Part shown: positions 15,529-27,471 of the stretch, piece after piece
How the letters are laid out: each line of letters starts with the position of its first letter
Numbering within the stretch: the first letter of the stretch is position 1
Origin: Rebecca billardiae RCC1528
Taxonomy: Eukaryota; Protista; Haptophyta
Direction: 5' to 3'
NCBI GenBank assembly: GCA_965240325.2
Contig: OZ251223.1
Location: 124,001 to 188,000, forward strand
DNA: 64,000 nucleotides
Notes under the pieces: generated by a model
The model's database searches: none
What the model was told of the DNA's origin: nothing
The model's input: the letters and a program-made list of their open reading frames with translations, nothing else
Position numbers and translations under genes: made by a program

Positions 15529-18500
15529 GCGCGGCGGCGGGCGGCGGCGAGGGCGCGGGCGCGGACGCCGACGCCGACGCCGACGCCGCGGCGGAGGGCG
15601 AGGGCGAGGCCGCCGACGCCGACGCCGCCGCCGCCGGCGACGAGGCGAAGAAGCCCCCGCAGTACGCGTGGCAGGTGGACGCGGCCGCGGGCCAGTGGCG
15701 ACTGATCGAGGGCGAGGCCGAGGTGGCGAAGCTGCTCGAGGCGTTCGCGCCGGCGCACGCGCAGACGCTCAAGGAGGTCTCCGCCTTCTGCCAGGCCGCC
15801 AAGCTGCCCGCCGAGCTCGCCGAGGCGCTGCAGAACCCGTACCGCCTCTGCGCGTCGTTTGCGGCGCGGCCGGGCGCGCCCTCCGACGAGCCGGCCGGCC
15901 CGCCGTTCTGCCCGGCGCCGCGCTCCAACTTCCAGCTGGCGGTGCAGGACGGCTGCCTGCTGCTGTACGGCGGCACGGCGCCGGGCGCGCAGCTCCCGCT
16001 CGACGAGCTGTGGCAGCTCAACAAGAAGGGGCAGTGGCGCCAGCTCTTCGCCGCCGAGCTCGAGCGCGACCACGCCAAGGGGCGGCTGACCGCCTTCCAC
16101 GACGGGTCGATCGTCGAGCTGCGGCCGAGCGAGCTCGGCGACTCTCTCGACACGTCGCGCCGGCTGCCGATCGCGCACCTCGCGGCGGGGGGCTCGGAGG
16201 AGGAGATGACGAAGACGCTGCTCGACACGGTGACCGCGCAGATGAAGGAGATGTCCGAGACGACGCGCGGCCTCGCCACCGCGCTCGGCCAGGCGGACAA
16301 GGCCGACTCGAACGGCAACGAGCAGCTCCTCATCAAGGTTAAGAAGGCCGACCTTGAGATCCGCACGCGCACCGCGCAGTACGACCTGCTCTTCGAGCAG
16401 ATCGCGGAGACGCTCAACTACCTCGCCGCCACCGGCGGCGCGCCGGCGGACTCGGTCCAGCAGAAGATGGCCAAGGTGGACGAGATGACCGAGACGTGGG
16501 TCGCCGCCAAGAAGCTCGCGCCGACCGTGCGCAAGACGATCAAGCAGGCGGCGGACGCGCAGGGCGCGCAGTACGCCGAGCAGGTCGCGTCGTTCCGCGC
16601 GCGCGTGGACACGTTCGCCGCGGACCTCACGCTCGCGCCGCTGTTCAACTACGCGAACGGCGTCGACCCCTCGTACGCCGAGCTCGACGGCTTCGACCGC
16701 GACGTGCGCAAGCTCGAGGCCGAGGTGCTCGGCATCAAGGCGTCGACGGACGTGTGGGAGATGAGCGACTCGCTCACGCCGGTCAAGGAGGCGCTCGCCG
16801 GCGTGCGCTCGGAGATCATGGCGGTGAAGGCGCTGTGGGACCTGGTCGCGGTGGTCACCTCGACGCTGGAGCACTGGCAGGGCACGCTGTGGGAGTCCAT
16901 CGACACCGCCACGATGGAGGAGGAGTGCAAGCTCTTCGCCAAGACGATCCGCACGATGGACAAGCGCGTGCGCGAGTACGACGTGTACAGAGGGCTCGAC
17001 CAGCTCGTCAAGAACTTCCTCGCGGCGCTGCCGTGCGTCGGCGACCTCAAGTCGCCGTCGATGCGCGAGCGGCACTGGAAGCAGCTGATGGAGATCACGG
17101 GCAAGGAGATCCCGCTCCCGTTCCCGCCCGACTTTGCGCTGCGCCAGCTGCTCGAGCTGCAGCTGCACAAGTTTGTCGACGACGTCGGCGAGGTGGTCGA
17201 CCGCGCCGTCAAGGAGGACAAGATGGAGCAGCAGCTGTCCAAGCTGAGCATGCTGTGGTACGGCCGGCAGCGCGGGCACGACGACGAGCCGCTCGGGCCC
17301 AAGGCCATCTGCTTCGAGTTCGACCAGCACCGCGACACCGACCTCTTCCTCATCCGCATGGCCGAGGAGAACTTCGACGCGCTCGAGGAGAACCAGCTGC
17401 TCGTGCAGGGCATGATGGCTTCCAAGTACCTCGCCACGTTCGAGGAGGAGGTGACGCGGTGGCAGCGCGAGCTGTCGAACGTCTCCGACGTGCTCACGAT
17501 GATGTCCGAGGTGCAGCGCCGCTGGGCCTACCTCGAGACCCTCTTCATCGGCTCGGACGAGGTGAAGAAGGAGCTCCCCGAGGACGCGGAGCGCTTTGTC
17601 GGCATCGACGACAAGTTCAAGGTGTGCCTCAAGGGGATCGGCGAGGTGAAGAACGCGGTGGTCGCGTCGAACCGCGCGGGGCTGCTCGACGACCTGAACG
17701 ACATGTCCGACAAGCTCGAGCTCTGCGAGAAGTCGCTCGCCGACTTCCTCGAGTCGAAGAAGCGCATCTTCCCGCGCTTCTACTTTGTGGCGACGTCGAT
17801 GCTGCTCGACATCCTCTCGAACGGCAACCGGCCGTCGATCGTCGCGCAGAACATCAACGCGCTGATGCAGGGCGTGAAGGCGATCGAGCTGTCGGGCGAC
17901 CCGCCGTCCGTCGTCGAGTCCGTCACCTCGAACGAGGGCGAGGTCGTCCCCTTCGCCAAGACGGGCGCGCTGCCGCTCAAGGGCAAGGTCGAGATCTACC
18001 TGAACGACCTCATCTACAAGATGCGCGACGAGCTGCGCACGCAGCTCGGCATCGCGATCAACGACTACCGCACGTCGGGCAAGAAGCGCTCGGCGTGGCT
18101 GTTCGACCACATCGCGCAGCTCGTGCTCGTCACCACGCAGATCGAGTGGACCGAGAACACCGAGGCCGCGTTCGACAAGCTGGGCGCGGGCAACAAGCAG
18201 GCGATGCCGCGCTACTCGGAGGAGCAGATCGAGATGCTCTCCGACCTGATCGTGCTCGTGCAGGGCAAGCTCGACGGGCTGCAGCGGCGCAAGATCATGA
18301 ACATGATCACGCTCGAGACGCACTCGCGCGACATCAACCTCATGCTCATCCGCGACGAGGTCGCCTCCAAGGAGAACTTCAAGTGGATGGGCCAGCTGAA
18401 GACGTACTGGATGCGCTACCCCGACCCGTCCAACGAGCCCGACTGCTGGATCCTCAACTGCGACGCGTCGTTCAACTACTCGTACGAGTACCTGGGCAAC

Positions 18501-21500
18501 GCGGGGCGGCTGGTGATCACGCCGCTCACCGACCGCATCTACACCACCGCCACGCAGGCGTGCCACCTCGTGCTCGGCTGCGCGCCCGCCGGCCCGGCCG
18601 GCACGGGCAAGACGGAGACGACCAAGGACCTGTCCGCGCAGCTCGGCAAGGCGGTGTACGTGGTGAACTGCGGGCCGGAGATGGACTACCGCACGATGGG
18701 CGACCAGTTCAAGGGGCTCGCCTCCGCCGGCGCGTGGGGCTGCTTCGACGAGTACAACCGCCTCCTCGCCGAGGTCCTCTCCGTCAACTCGATCCAGTAC
18801 AAGGCGGTGCTGGACGCGATCCGCGCGCGCTCGCCCACGTTCCGCATGGAGGGCGTCGACTACACGCTGCACCCCGACGGGTGCATGGCGTTCATCACGA
18901 TGAACCCGGGGTACCTCGGGCGCACCGAGCTGCCCGAGTCGCTCAAGGTGCTCTTCCGCCCGGTCACGGTGATGGTGCCCGACATGCAGATGATCATGGA
19001 GAACATGCTGATGGCCGAGGGCTACACGACCGCCAACACGCTCGCCAAGAAGTTCTTCACGCTGTACCGGCTGCTCAAGGACCTGCTCTCGCCGCAGATG
19101 CACTACGACTGGGGGCTGCGCGCGATCAAGTCGGTGCTCGTCGTCGCCGGCGGCTTCAAGCGCGGCGAGCCCGACCAGCCCGAGGGCGGCCTGCTGATGC
19201 GCGCGCTGCGCGACTTCAACCTGCCCAAGATTGTTGAGGACGACATGGTCGTGTTCATGGGGCTGCTCAAGGACCTGTGGCCCGACGTGTTCGACTCGAT
19301 GCCGCGGAAGCGGGACCACGAGTTCGAGGCGCTCGTCACCTCCGTCGCCGTCGAGTCCAACCTGCAGCCCTCCGACTACTTCGTGCAGAACGTCGTCGAC
19401 CTGCAGGACCTGCTCGACATCCGCCACTGCGTCTTCGAGATCGGCTCGTCGGGCAACAACAAGACCAAGACGTGGCAGACGCTGGCGAAGGTGTGGACGA
19501 AGGGCGGGCACCGCGGGAAGACGACGTTCCGCGACATCAACCCCAAGGCGATCACGCCCAACGAGCTGTACGGCTACGTCAACATGGCGACGCGCGAGTG
19601 GAAGGACGGGCTGCTCTCGTCGACGATGCGCGAGATGGCCAACATGCCCGACACCAACCCCAAGTGGATCATCCTCGACGGCGACCTCGACGCGAACTGG
19701 ATCGAGAACATGAACTCGGTGATGGACGACAACCGGCTGCTCACGCTCGCGTCGAACGAGCGCATCCGCCTCCTCACGCACATGCGCATGATCTTCGAGA
19801 TCCGCGACCTCGCGTACGCGTCGCCCGCGACCGTCACGCGCGCCGGCATCCTCTTCATCTCCGAGCTCGCGCAGTGGAAGAACTTCGTCAAGTCGTGGAT
19901 CGCCGAGTTCAAGGAGAACGAGTCGGGCGCGATCAAGCCCGACATGCGCGAGAAGCGCGCCGCCACGCTGCAGGGCCTCTTCGACAAGTACTGCGAGCCG
20001 ACGATGGACGAGCTGCGGCGCAACTTCACGCCGGTCGTGCCGATCCTCGACTTCAACATGGTGCAGACGCTGTGCTACTTCCTCGAGGGGCTGCTCGTCG
20101 AGGAGAACGTGGGGCGCGACGACGGCCGGTTCGAGATCTTCTTCGTCCTCGCCGCCGTGTGGGCCTTCGGCTCCTTCTTCACCATCACCTCGGGCACCGA
20201 CTACCGCAAGCGCTTCTCGGGCTGGTGGAAGGAGACGTGGAAGACGGTCAAGTTCCCGCACCGCGGCGAGGTCTTCGACTTCTTCGTGGACAAGGAGAAG
20301 GGCGAGTTCGCGGCGTGGGCGGACATCGTGCCGACGCTCGCGTACGACTCGGCCACGCCGATGTCCGCCGTCACCGTGCCCACCGGCGAGACCGTCGCCA
20401 TCACCTTCTGGCTCGACAACCTGATGCCGCGCAAGCACCCGGCGATGCTGCTCGGGCCTGCCGGCTGCGGCAAGACGGCCATCATCAACGGCAAGCTGCG
20501 CGCGCTCGGCGAGGACTACGTCACGGCGTCGGTGAACGTGAACTACTACACGAACTCGTCGCTCTTCCTCAAGATCCTCGAGGCGCCGCTCGAGAAGAAG
20601 GCCGGCAAGAACTACGGCCCGCCCGGCTCGAAGAAGCTCGTCTACTTTGTGGACGACCTCAACATGGCGGCGCTCGACGCGTACAACACCGCGTCCAACA
20701 TCGCGCTGATGCGGCAGCACTGCGCGTACGGCCACGTGTACGACATGACGAAGCTGACGCAGAAGGTGCTGCTCAACACGCAGTACCTCGCCGCGATGAA
20801 CCCCACCGCCGGCTCCTTCGTCGTCAACCCGCGGCTGCAGCGGCTGTTTGCGACGTTCGCGGTCGGCTTCCCGGGCGCGGAGGCGCTCACGACCATCTAC
20901 CAGACGTTCCTCAACGGCCACCTGTCCAACTTCTCGAAGGAGATCGAGGAGGCGGAGATGGGCAAGCGGGTCGTGCAGGCCGCGCTGCAGCTCCACCGCA
21001 AGGTCGCCGCCAACTTCCGCAAGACCGCCTCCAACTTCCACTACGAGTTCAACATCCGGCACATGGCGGGCGTGTTCCAAGGCATGCTGATGGGCGCCAA
21101 GGACGTCTTCAAGGAGCCGCTGCGCCTCGCGCAGCTGTGGCTGCACGAGAGCGAGCGCGTGTACGGCGACCGGCTGGTCTCGCCGCAGGACCTCAAGAAG
21201 TACAAGGACCTCGCCGCCGAGGTCGCCAAGAAGGTCTTCCGCGAGATGTCGCCGACGACGCTGATGGCGGAGCCGCTGATCGTGTGCCACTTCGCGCAGG
21301 GCATCGGCGACAAGGTGTACGACAAGGTGGCGACGATGGCGGACGTGTCGGCGACGCTGACGCAGGCGCTGTCGGAGTACAACGAGACGAACGCGGTGAT
21401 GAACCTCGTCCTCTTCGAGGACGCCATCCGCCACATCTGCCGCATCTCGCGCATCATCGAGTCGCCCGGCGGGCACGCGCTGCTCGTCGGCGTCGGCGGC

Positions 21501-24500
21501 TCGGGCAAGCAGTCGCTCTCAAAGCTCGCGTCGTACGCGTCGGCCTTCTCCGTCTTCCAGGTGGTGATCTCGGCGACGTACGGCGTGAACGAGCTGAAGG
21601 CGGACCTGCAGACGATGTACCGCAAGTCCGGGCTCAAGTCGGAGCAGATGGTCTTCCTCTTCACCGACCAGCAGATCGCCGACGAGCGCTTCCTCGTGTA
21701 CCTGAACGACATGCTCTCGTCGGGCGAGATCCCGGGGCTGTTCCCGCCAGAGGACATCGACGACATCGTCAACGGCGTGCGGCCGAACGTGAAGCGGAGC
21801 GGGCTGCCGGACACGCGCGAGAACTGCTGGGCGTACTTCATCTCGCAGGTCCGCGCCAACCTCCACGCCGTCCTCTGCTTCTCGCCCATCGGCGACCCGA
21901 TCAAGGTGCGCACGCGCCGCTTCCCCGCGCTCGTCAACTGCGTCGTGATCGACTGGTTCCAGCCGTGGCCCGAGGAGGCGCTGCTCTCGGTCTCGAAGCG
22001 CTTCCTCGGCGACCTCGAGCTCGGGCCGGACGAGCAGAAGGCGAACGTGATCTCGTTCATGCCCTACTCCTTCGTCGCGGTGAACGAGGCCTCGCTCGCG
22101 TACATCGAGCAGGAGCGGCGGTACAACTGGACGACGCCAAAGTCGTTCCTCGAGCTGATCGCGCTGTACAAGTCGATGCTCGCCAAGCGGCGCGACGACG
22201 TGCAGGGCTCGATCACGCGGCTGAGCAACGGCGTGACCAAGCTCGAGCTGACGGCGGGCGAGGTGGGCCAGCTCGAGGAGGAGCTCAAGGTCAAGCAGGT
22301 CGAGGTGGAGGAGAAGAAGATGCAGGTCGACGCGATGATCCCCAAGCTCGAGGCGGAGAAGGCCAAGGCGGCGGACGAGGCCGCCAAGGCCAACGTGATC
22401 GCGACGGCCGCGGCGGAGAAGGAGGTGGCGGTGTCGGACATGAAGGCGAACATCGAGCGCGACCTCGCCGCCGCCGAGCCCGCGCTGCTCAAGGCCGCCG
22501 CCGCGCTCGACTCGCTCAACAAGAAGGACCTCGGCGAGCTCAAGTCGCTCGCAAAGCCGCCGGCCGGCATCGACGACGTGACGGGCGCGTGCGTCTACCT
22601 GCTGCACGACGGCTCCAAGGGCAAGATCGACGTGTCGTGGAAGGCGTCGCAGCAGCTGATGAAGGACGTGAACAAGTTCCTCGACGAGCTGCTCACCTTC
22701 AAGGACAAGATCGACACGGGCAAGGTCTCCAAGCAGAACTTCAAGAACATCCGGCCGCTGCTCGAGAAGGAGTGGTTCAACGTGGACACGATGCGCACCA
22801 AGTCGAGCGCGGCCGCCGGGCTGTGCGACTGGGTGCTCAACATCACGGTGTACTGGGACATCAACGAGAACGTCGAGCCGATGCGCGACGCGGCGGCGAA
22901 CGCGGTCACCCAGCTCGAGCAGGCCATCGAGGCGAAGAACAACGCGATCGCCTCCAAGGAGGCCGCGGAGGCGACCGTCGCCGAGCTGACGGCCGCGTAC
23001 AACGCCGCGGTCGCCGAGAAGGACGCGGTGCTCGCCGAGGCGGACGCGTGCCTGCGCAAGCTCGGGCTGGCGCAGCGGCTGATGTCGGCGCTCGGCTCGG
23101 AGGGCGAGCGGTGGAAGTCCACCGTCGCCTCGCTCAACGCCTCGCTCCCCATCCTCATCGGCGACGCGCTGCTCGCGGCCGCGTTTGTCTCGTACAACGG
23201 CTGCTTCAACCGGCACTTCCGCGAGGTGCTCACCAAGAAGAAGTTCCTGCCGTTCCTGCAGGGCGAGGTGAAGTCGGCGCCGGGCGGCGTGGCGATGGGC
23301 GACGACCCCGACCCGCTCAAGATCCTCACCAACGACGCCGAGATCGCCGCGTGGTCCAACGACGGGCTGCCGACCGACCGGATCTCGGTCGAGAACGGCA
23401 CGATCGTGACCAACTGCGCGCGCTGGCCGCTGATGATCGACCCGCAGCTGCAGGGGATCACGTGGATCAAGAAGAAGGAGGAGCGGCGCGGGCTGCACGT
23501 GGTGCGGCTCGGGCAGAAGCAGCTCATCCCCAAGCTCGAGAACGCCCTCGAGTCGGGCAAGCCCATCGTGATCGAGAACATCCAGACGTCGATCGACGCG
23601 GTGCTCGCGCCCGTGATCGGCCGGCAGGTCACGCGCCGCGGCCGCACCGTCTTCGTCAAGCTGGGCGACAAGGAGGTGGACTACCACCCCGACTTCAAGC
23701 TGTACCTGCAGACGAAGCTCTCCAACCCGCACTACCCGCCCGAGATCCAGGCCGAGGCCACGCTGATCAACTTCATGGTGACGGAGGACGGGCTGGAGGA
23801 CCAGCTGCTCGCGCTCACCGTGCTCAAGGAGCGGCCCGACCTCGAGGAGCAGAAGGCGATCCTGATCGCGCAGATGAACGGGTTCAAGATCAAGACGAAG
23901 GAGCTGGAGGACGGGATCCTCGAGCAGCTCGCCAACGCCGAGGGCGACATCCTCGAGAACATCGCGCTCATCGAGAACCTCGAGGACTCGAAGCGCGTCG
24001 CGCTCGAGATCGCCGAGAAGGCAAAGGTCGCGCAGGTGACGGAGGTGGAGATCAACACGGCGCGCGAGATGTACCGGCGCGTCGCCGCGCGCGGCTCGCT
24101 GATGTTCTTCCTCCTCGCCACGCTCAACAAGGTGCACACCTTCTACCACTTCTCGCTCTCCTCGTTCAACACAATCGTCGAGCGCGCGATCACGGGGCGG
24201 CGCGGCAAGCTCGTCTGGAACGAGGAGGCGCTCATGTCGGGGATCGCGCCGGCGAAGCTGAAGCGCGCGCTGCTCGACGAGGCGGCGGAGACGAAGAAGA
24301 CGATCGTGGCGGAGGAGCCCGAGAAGCTCGAGGAGCGCATGAACTTCCTCGTCGACAACATCACCTTCAAGGTGTTTGACGCGACGCGGCGCGGGCTGCT
24401 CGAGCGGCACAAGCTTATCCTCGCGACGCAGCTGCTGCTCAAGGTCATGTCCAAGTCGGGCGAGCTGAACGACGCGGAGGCGGAGTACCTCGTCTCGGGG

Positions 24501-27097
24501 CGCTCGTCGATGACCCCGCCGCAGATGACCACCAAGGTGCAGGAGTTCCTCACGCCCAAGCAGTGGGCGTCCGCGTGCGCGCTGCGCGAGCTCGACGCGT
24601 TCAAGGCGCTCACTGAGGAGCTCGAGCTCGCGACCGACGCGTGGTCGGAGTGGCTCAACTTCGAGCGGCCCGAGGCGGAGGAGCTGCCGGGCGACTGGGG
24701 GAAGAAGCTGAACGCGTTCCAGCAGCTCCTCATCCTGCGCGCGCTGCGGCAGGACCGCGTCACCACCGCGCTCACCTCCTTCATCGAGGCGAAGCTCGGC
24801 GCGCGCTACACGCAGCAGGCGCCCTTCGACATGGACGACACGTTCAACGACTCGTCGTTCAGGCAGCCGCTCTTCTTCGTGCTCTTCCCGGGCGTCGACC
24901 CGGGCGTGGCGATCGAGAAGCTCGGGCGCAAGCTCGGCTTCGCCTCCGAGGGCGGCAACTACGTCTCCATCTCGATGGGCCAGGGCCAGGAGAAGAACGC
25001 GGAGAACACGATCGACCGGTTCGCCAAAGACGGCGGCTGGGTCTTCCTGCAGAACATCCACCTCATGTCCACGTGGCTGCCCACGCTCGACCGCAAGCTG
25101 GAGATCGTCGGCGACTCGGGGCACGAGGACTTCCGCGCGTTCCTCTCCGCCGAGCCGCCGCCGCCGCTCCTCGAGCACGAGATGCAGACCGTGCCCGAGG
25201 GCGTGCTGCAGGCGTCGATCAAGGTGGCCAACGAGCCGCCCACCGACCTCAAGGCGACGCTCCGCTCCTCGTACGCGCTCTTCGACCAGGCGACGCTCGA
25301 CGCGTCGACGAAGCCGAAGGCGCACCGCCCGATGATCTTCGCGCTCGCCTTCTTCCACTCCCTCGTCCTCGGCCGGCGCAAGTTCGGCTTCCAGGGCTTC
25401 TCGCGCAACTACCCGTTCAACAACGGCGACATCACGGTGTGTGCGGACGTGCTGCACAACTATGTCGAGGGGCGCGACAACCTGCCGTGGGCGGACCTCA
25501 AGTACATCTGGGGCGAGATCATGTACGGCGGGCACATCACCGACTCGTGGGACCGGCGGTGCATGTCCGCCTACCTCGAGGTCCTCCTCGTCGACGAGCT
25601 CGTCGACGAGAAGTCCTCGTTCCAGCTCGCGCCCGGCTTCTCGCCGCTGCTCGAGGGCGACTTTGCATCCTACCGCGCCTACATTGAGGACGCGATGCCC
25701 GCCGAGTCGCCCACGCTGTTCGGGCTGCACCCGAACGCGGAGATCGGGCTGCTCATCTCGAACTGCGACGCGCTCTTCAAGGCCATCTTCACCCTCGCCG
25801 GCGGCTCCGCCTCGGGCGGCGGCATCAACAAGGAGCAGAAGGTCAAGGACCTGATCGTGGAGATGCAAGCCGCGCTCCCCGTGCCGTTTGCGATGCTCGA
25901 GGTGAAGGCGCGCGTCAAGGAGAAGACGCCCTACGTCGTCTTCGTGCTGCAGGAGCTCGAGCGGATGAACGCGATCCTCGGGCTGATGGGCGGCGGGATG
26001 CGCGAGCTCGAGCTCGGGCTGAGCGGCGCGCTCAACATCTCCGACGCGATGGACGCCCTGATCGGCTTCCTCTTTGTGAACTCGGTGCCGCCGTCGTGGC
26101 TCAAGATGTGCGGCCAGATCGGCCCGACCGGCAACTACAACCGCAAGAACCTCGCCGACTGGTTCATCAACCTGAAGGAGCGGCACGAGCAGCTCGACGA
26201 GTGGCAGAAGGTGCGCGCGCGCGCGCGCGCGAACGCCGCCCTCGCGCGCGCCGAGCGCCCGTCGCTCACCGCCCGCCCGCCCCGCGCCGCCGCGCGCCCG
26301 CCCCCTCGCGCGCGTGCGGCCTGTGCGTGCGGCGTGTGCGTGCGGCGTGTGCGTGCGCAGGACCCTTACACGCGCCCGCCGTCCGTGTGGATCGCCGGGC
26401 TCTTCAACCCGATGGGCTACGTCACCGCGTGCCTGCAGATGACGGCGCGCGCCAAGGCGCTGCCGCTCGACTCGATGATGATCTCGACCGCGGTGAGTGC
26501 GCCGGCGGCGCGCGCGGCCGGCGCCGCGCGCCGCGCGCCGCGGCGCCAGCAGCATTGCGTGCGCGGTTGCTCACGCCGCGCCCTCCGCCCCCGGCGTGCG
26601 TGCGCGCGCGGCCGCGCAGGTGATGCCCTTCTTCGGCAACGAGGTCTCCGCACAGCCCGACGAGGGCACGTACGTGCACGGCCTCTTCATGGAGGGCGCC
26701 AAGTGGAGCCGCGACCACAACTCTGTCTACGAATCCGATCCAAAGGTGCGGCGCGGCGCGGCGTGGCGTGGCGCGGGGGCGCGCGGCTCTCGCTGCGCGA
26801 GGCGCGTTGCACGCGCTCACGTGTGCGTGCGCGCGCGCGCGCCACGCCGCCCCGCCCCGCCCCACCCGTGCCGCGCAGGAGCTGCACCCGACGATGCCGG
26901 TGATCCAGGTGCAGGGCGTCACCGCCGAGGAGAAGGAGGAGCTCGCAAAGTCGTCGGGCGACATCACCTACGAGTGCCCGGTGTACACGACGACGATCCG
27001 CGGGCCCACCTTCACCTTCGCCGCGCCGCTGCGGACGAACAAGCCGCCGTGGGTGTGGATCCTTGCAGGCGTCTGCCTGGTGATGCAGCCAGACTAA
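13340..27097 (+). CDS. ODA11: Axonemal outer-arm dynein heavy chain, alpha type (Chlamydomonas ODA11 / Tetrahymena Dyh5-like), about 4368 aa. Exons 13340-14026, 14268-26210, 26361-26492, 26620-26745, 26879-27097
   Basis: N-terminal Kelch repeats (PTPRSGHT, PSPRWRHTAT, PHPRSHHT), an IPT/TIG domain and a filamin domain. Motor motifs: FPRFYF, YSYEYLGNAGRLVITPLTDR, AAA1 GPAGTGKT, AAA3 GPAGCGKT, AAA4 GVGGSGKQ, stalk/MTBD, RWPLMIDPQLQG and C-terminal YECPVY...RGPTF. Four phase-0 GT-AG introns restore the frame. Confidence 0.95.
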
Positions 27098-27471
27098 GCC
27101 GCGGCGACGCGCGGCCGGCGCGCGACCCGCTGAGTGTCGCGCGCCGGTCAGCGCCGCGCCGGCGAGCTCGCGCGCCAGCGCGCCTCAGGGCCGGCGCAGC
27201 TGCCGGCCTCGTGCGACGCCAGAGATGTCGTCGATGAGCGCGGATGCACTTGTAACACATCCGCCGTAAGGCGTACTCGCCTCTGAAGGGCTTGCCATTG
27301 TAAGCTTAGTTAGTCGTGACACTCGTGTCGAGCTGTCGCCGGTGCGACATGCATTGACATGTCCGCCATCGTGGACTCCATCGCAGTTGCCCGCGTGGCC
27401 GCGTGCCGGCCGGCATTCGTGTTTGGTCCGATACGACTGAGTTGCGAGTACAGTATGGCCGCGGGGCCCCC

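Noticed and set aside
13698-26555. Very long minus-strand ORFs (2592 aa, 1678 aa) and alternative plus-frame ORFs over the dynein gene
   Set aside because: Shadow frames caused by extreme GC3 bias, which removes stop codons. They have no motifs of their own.
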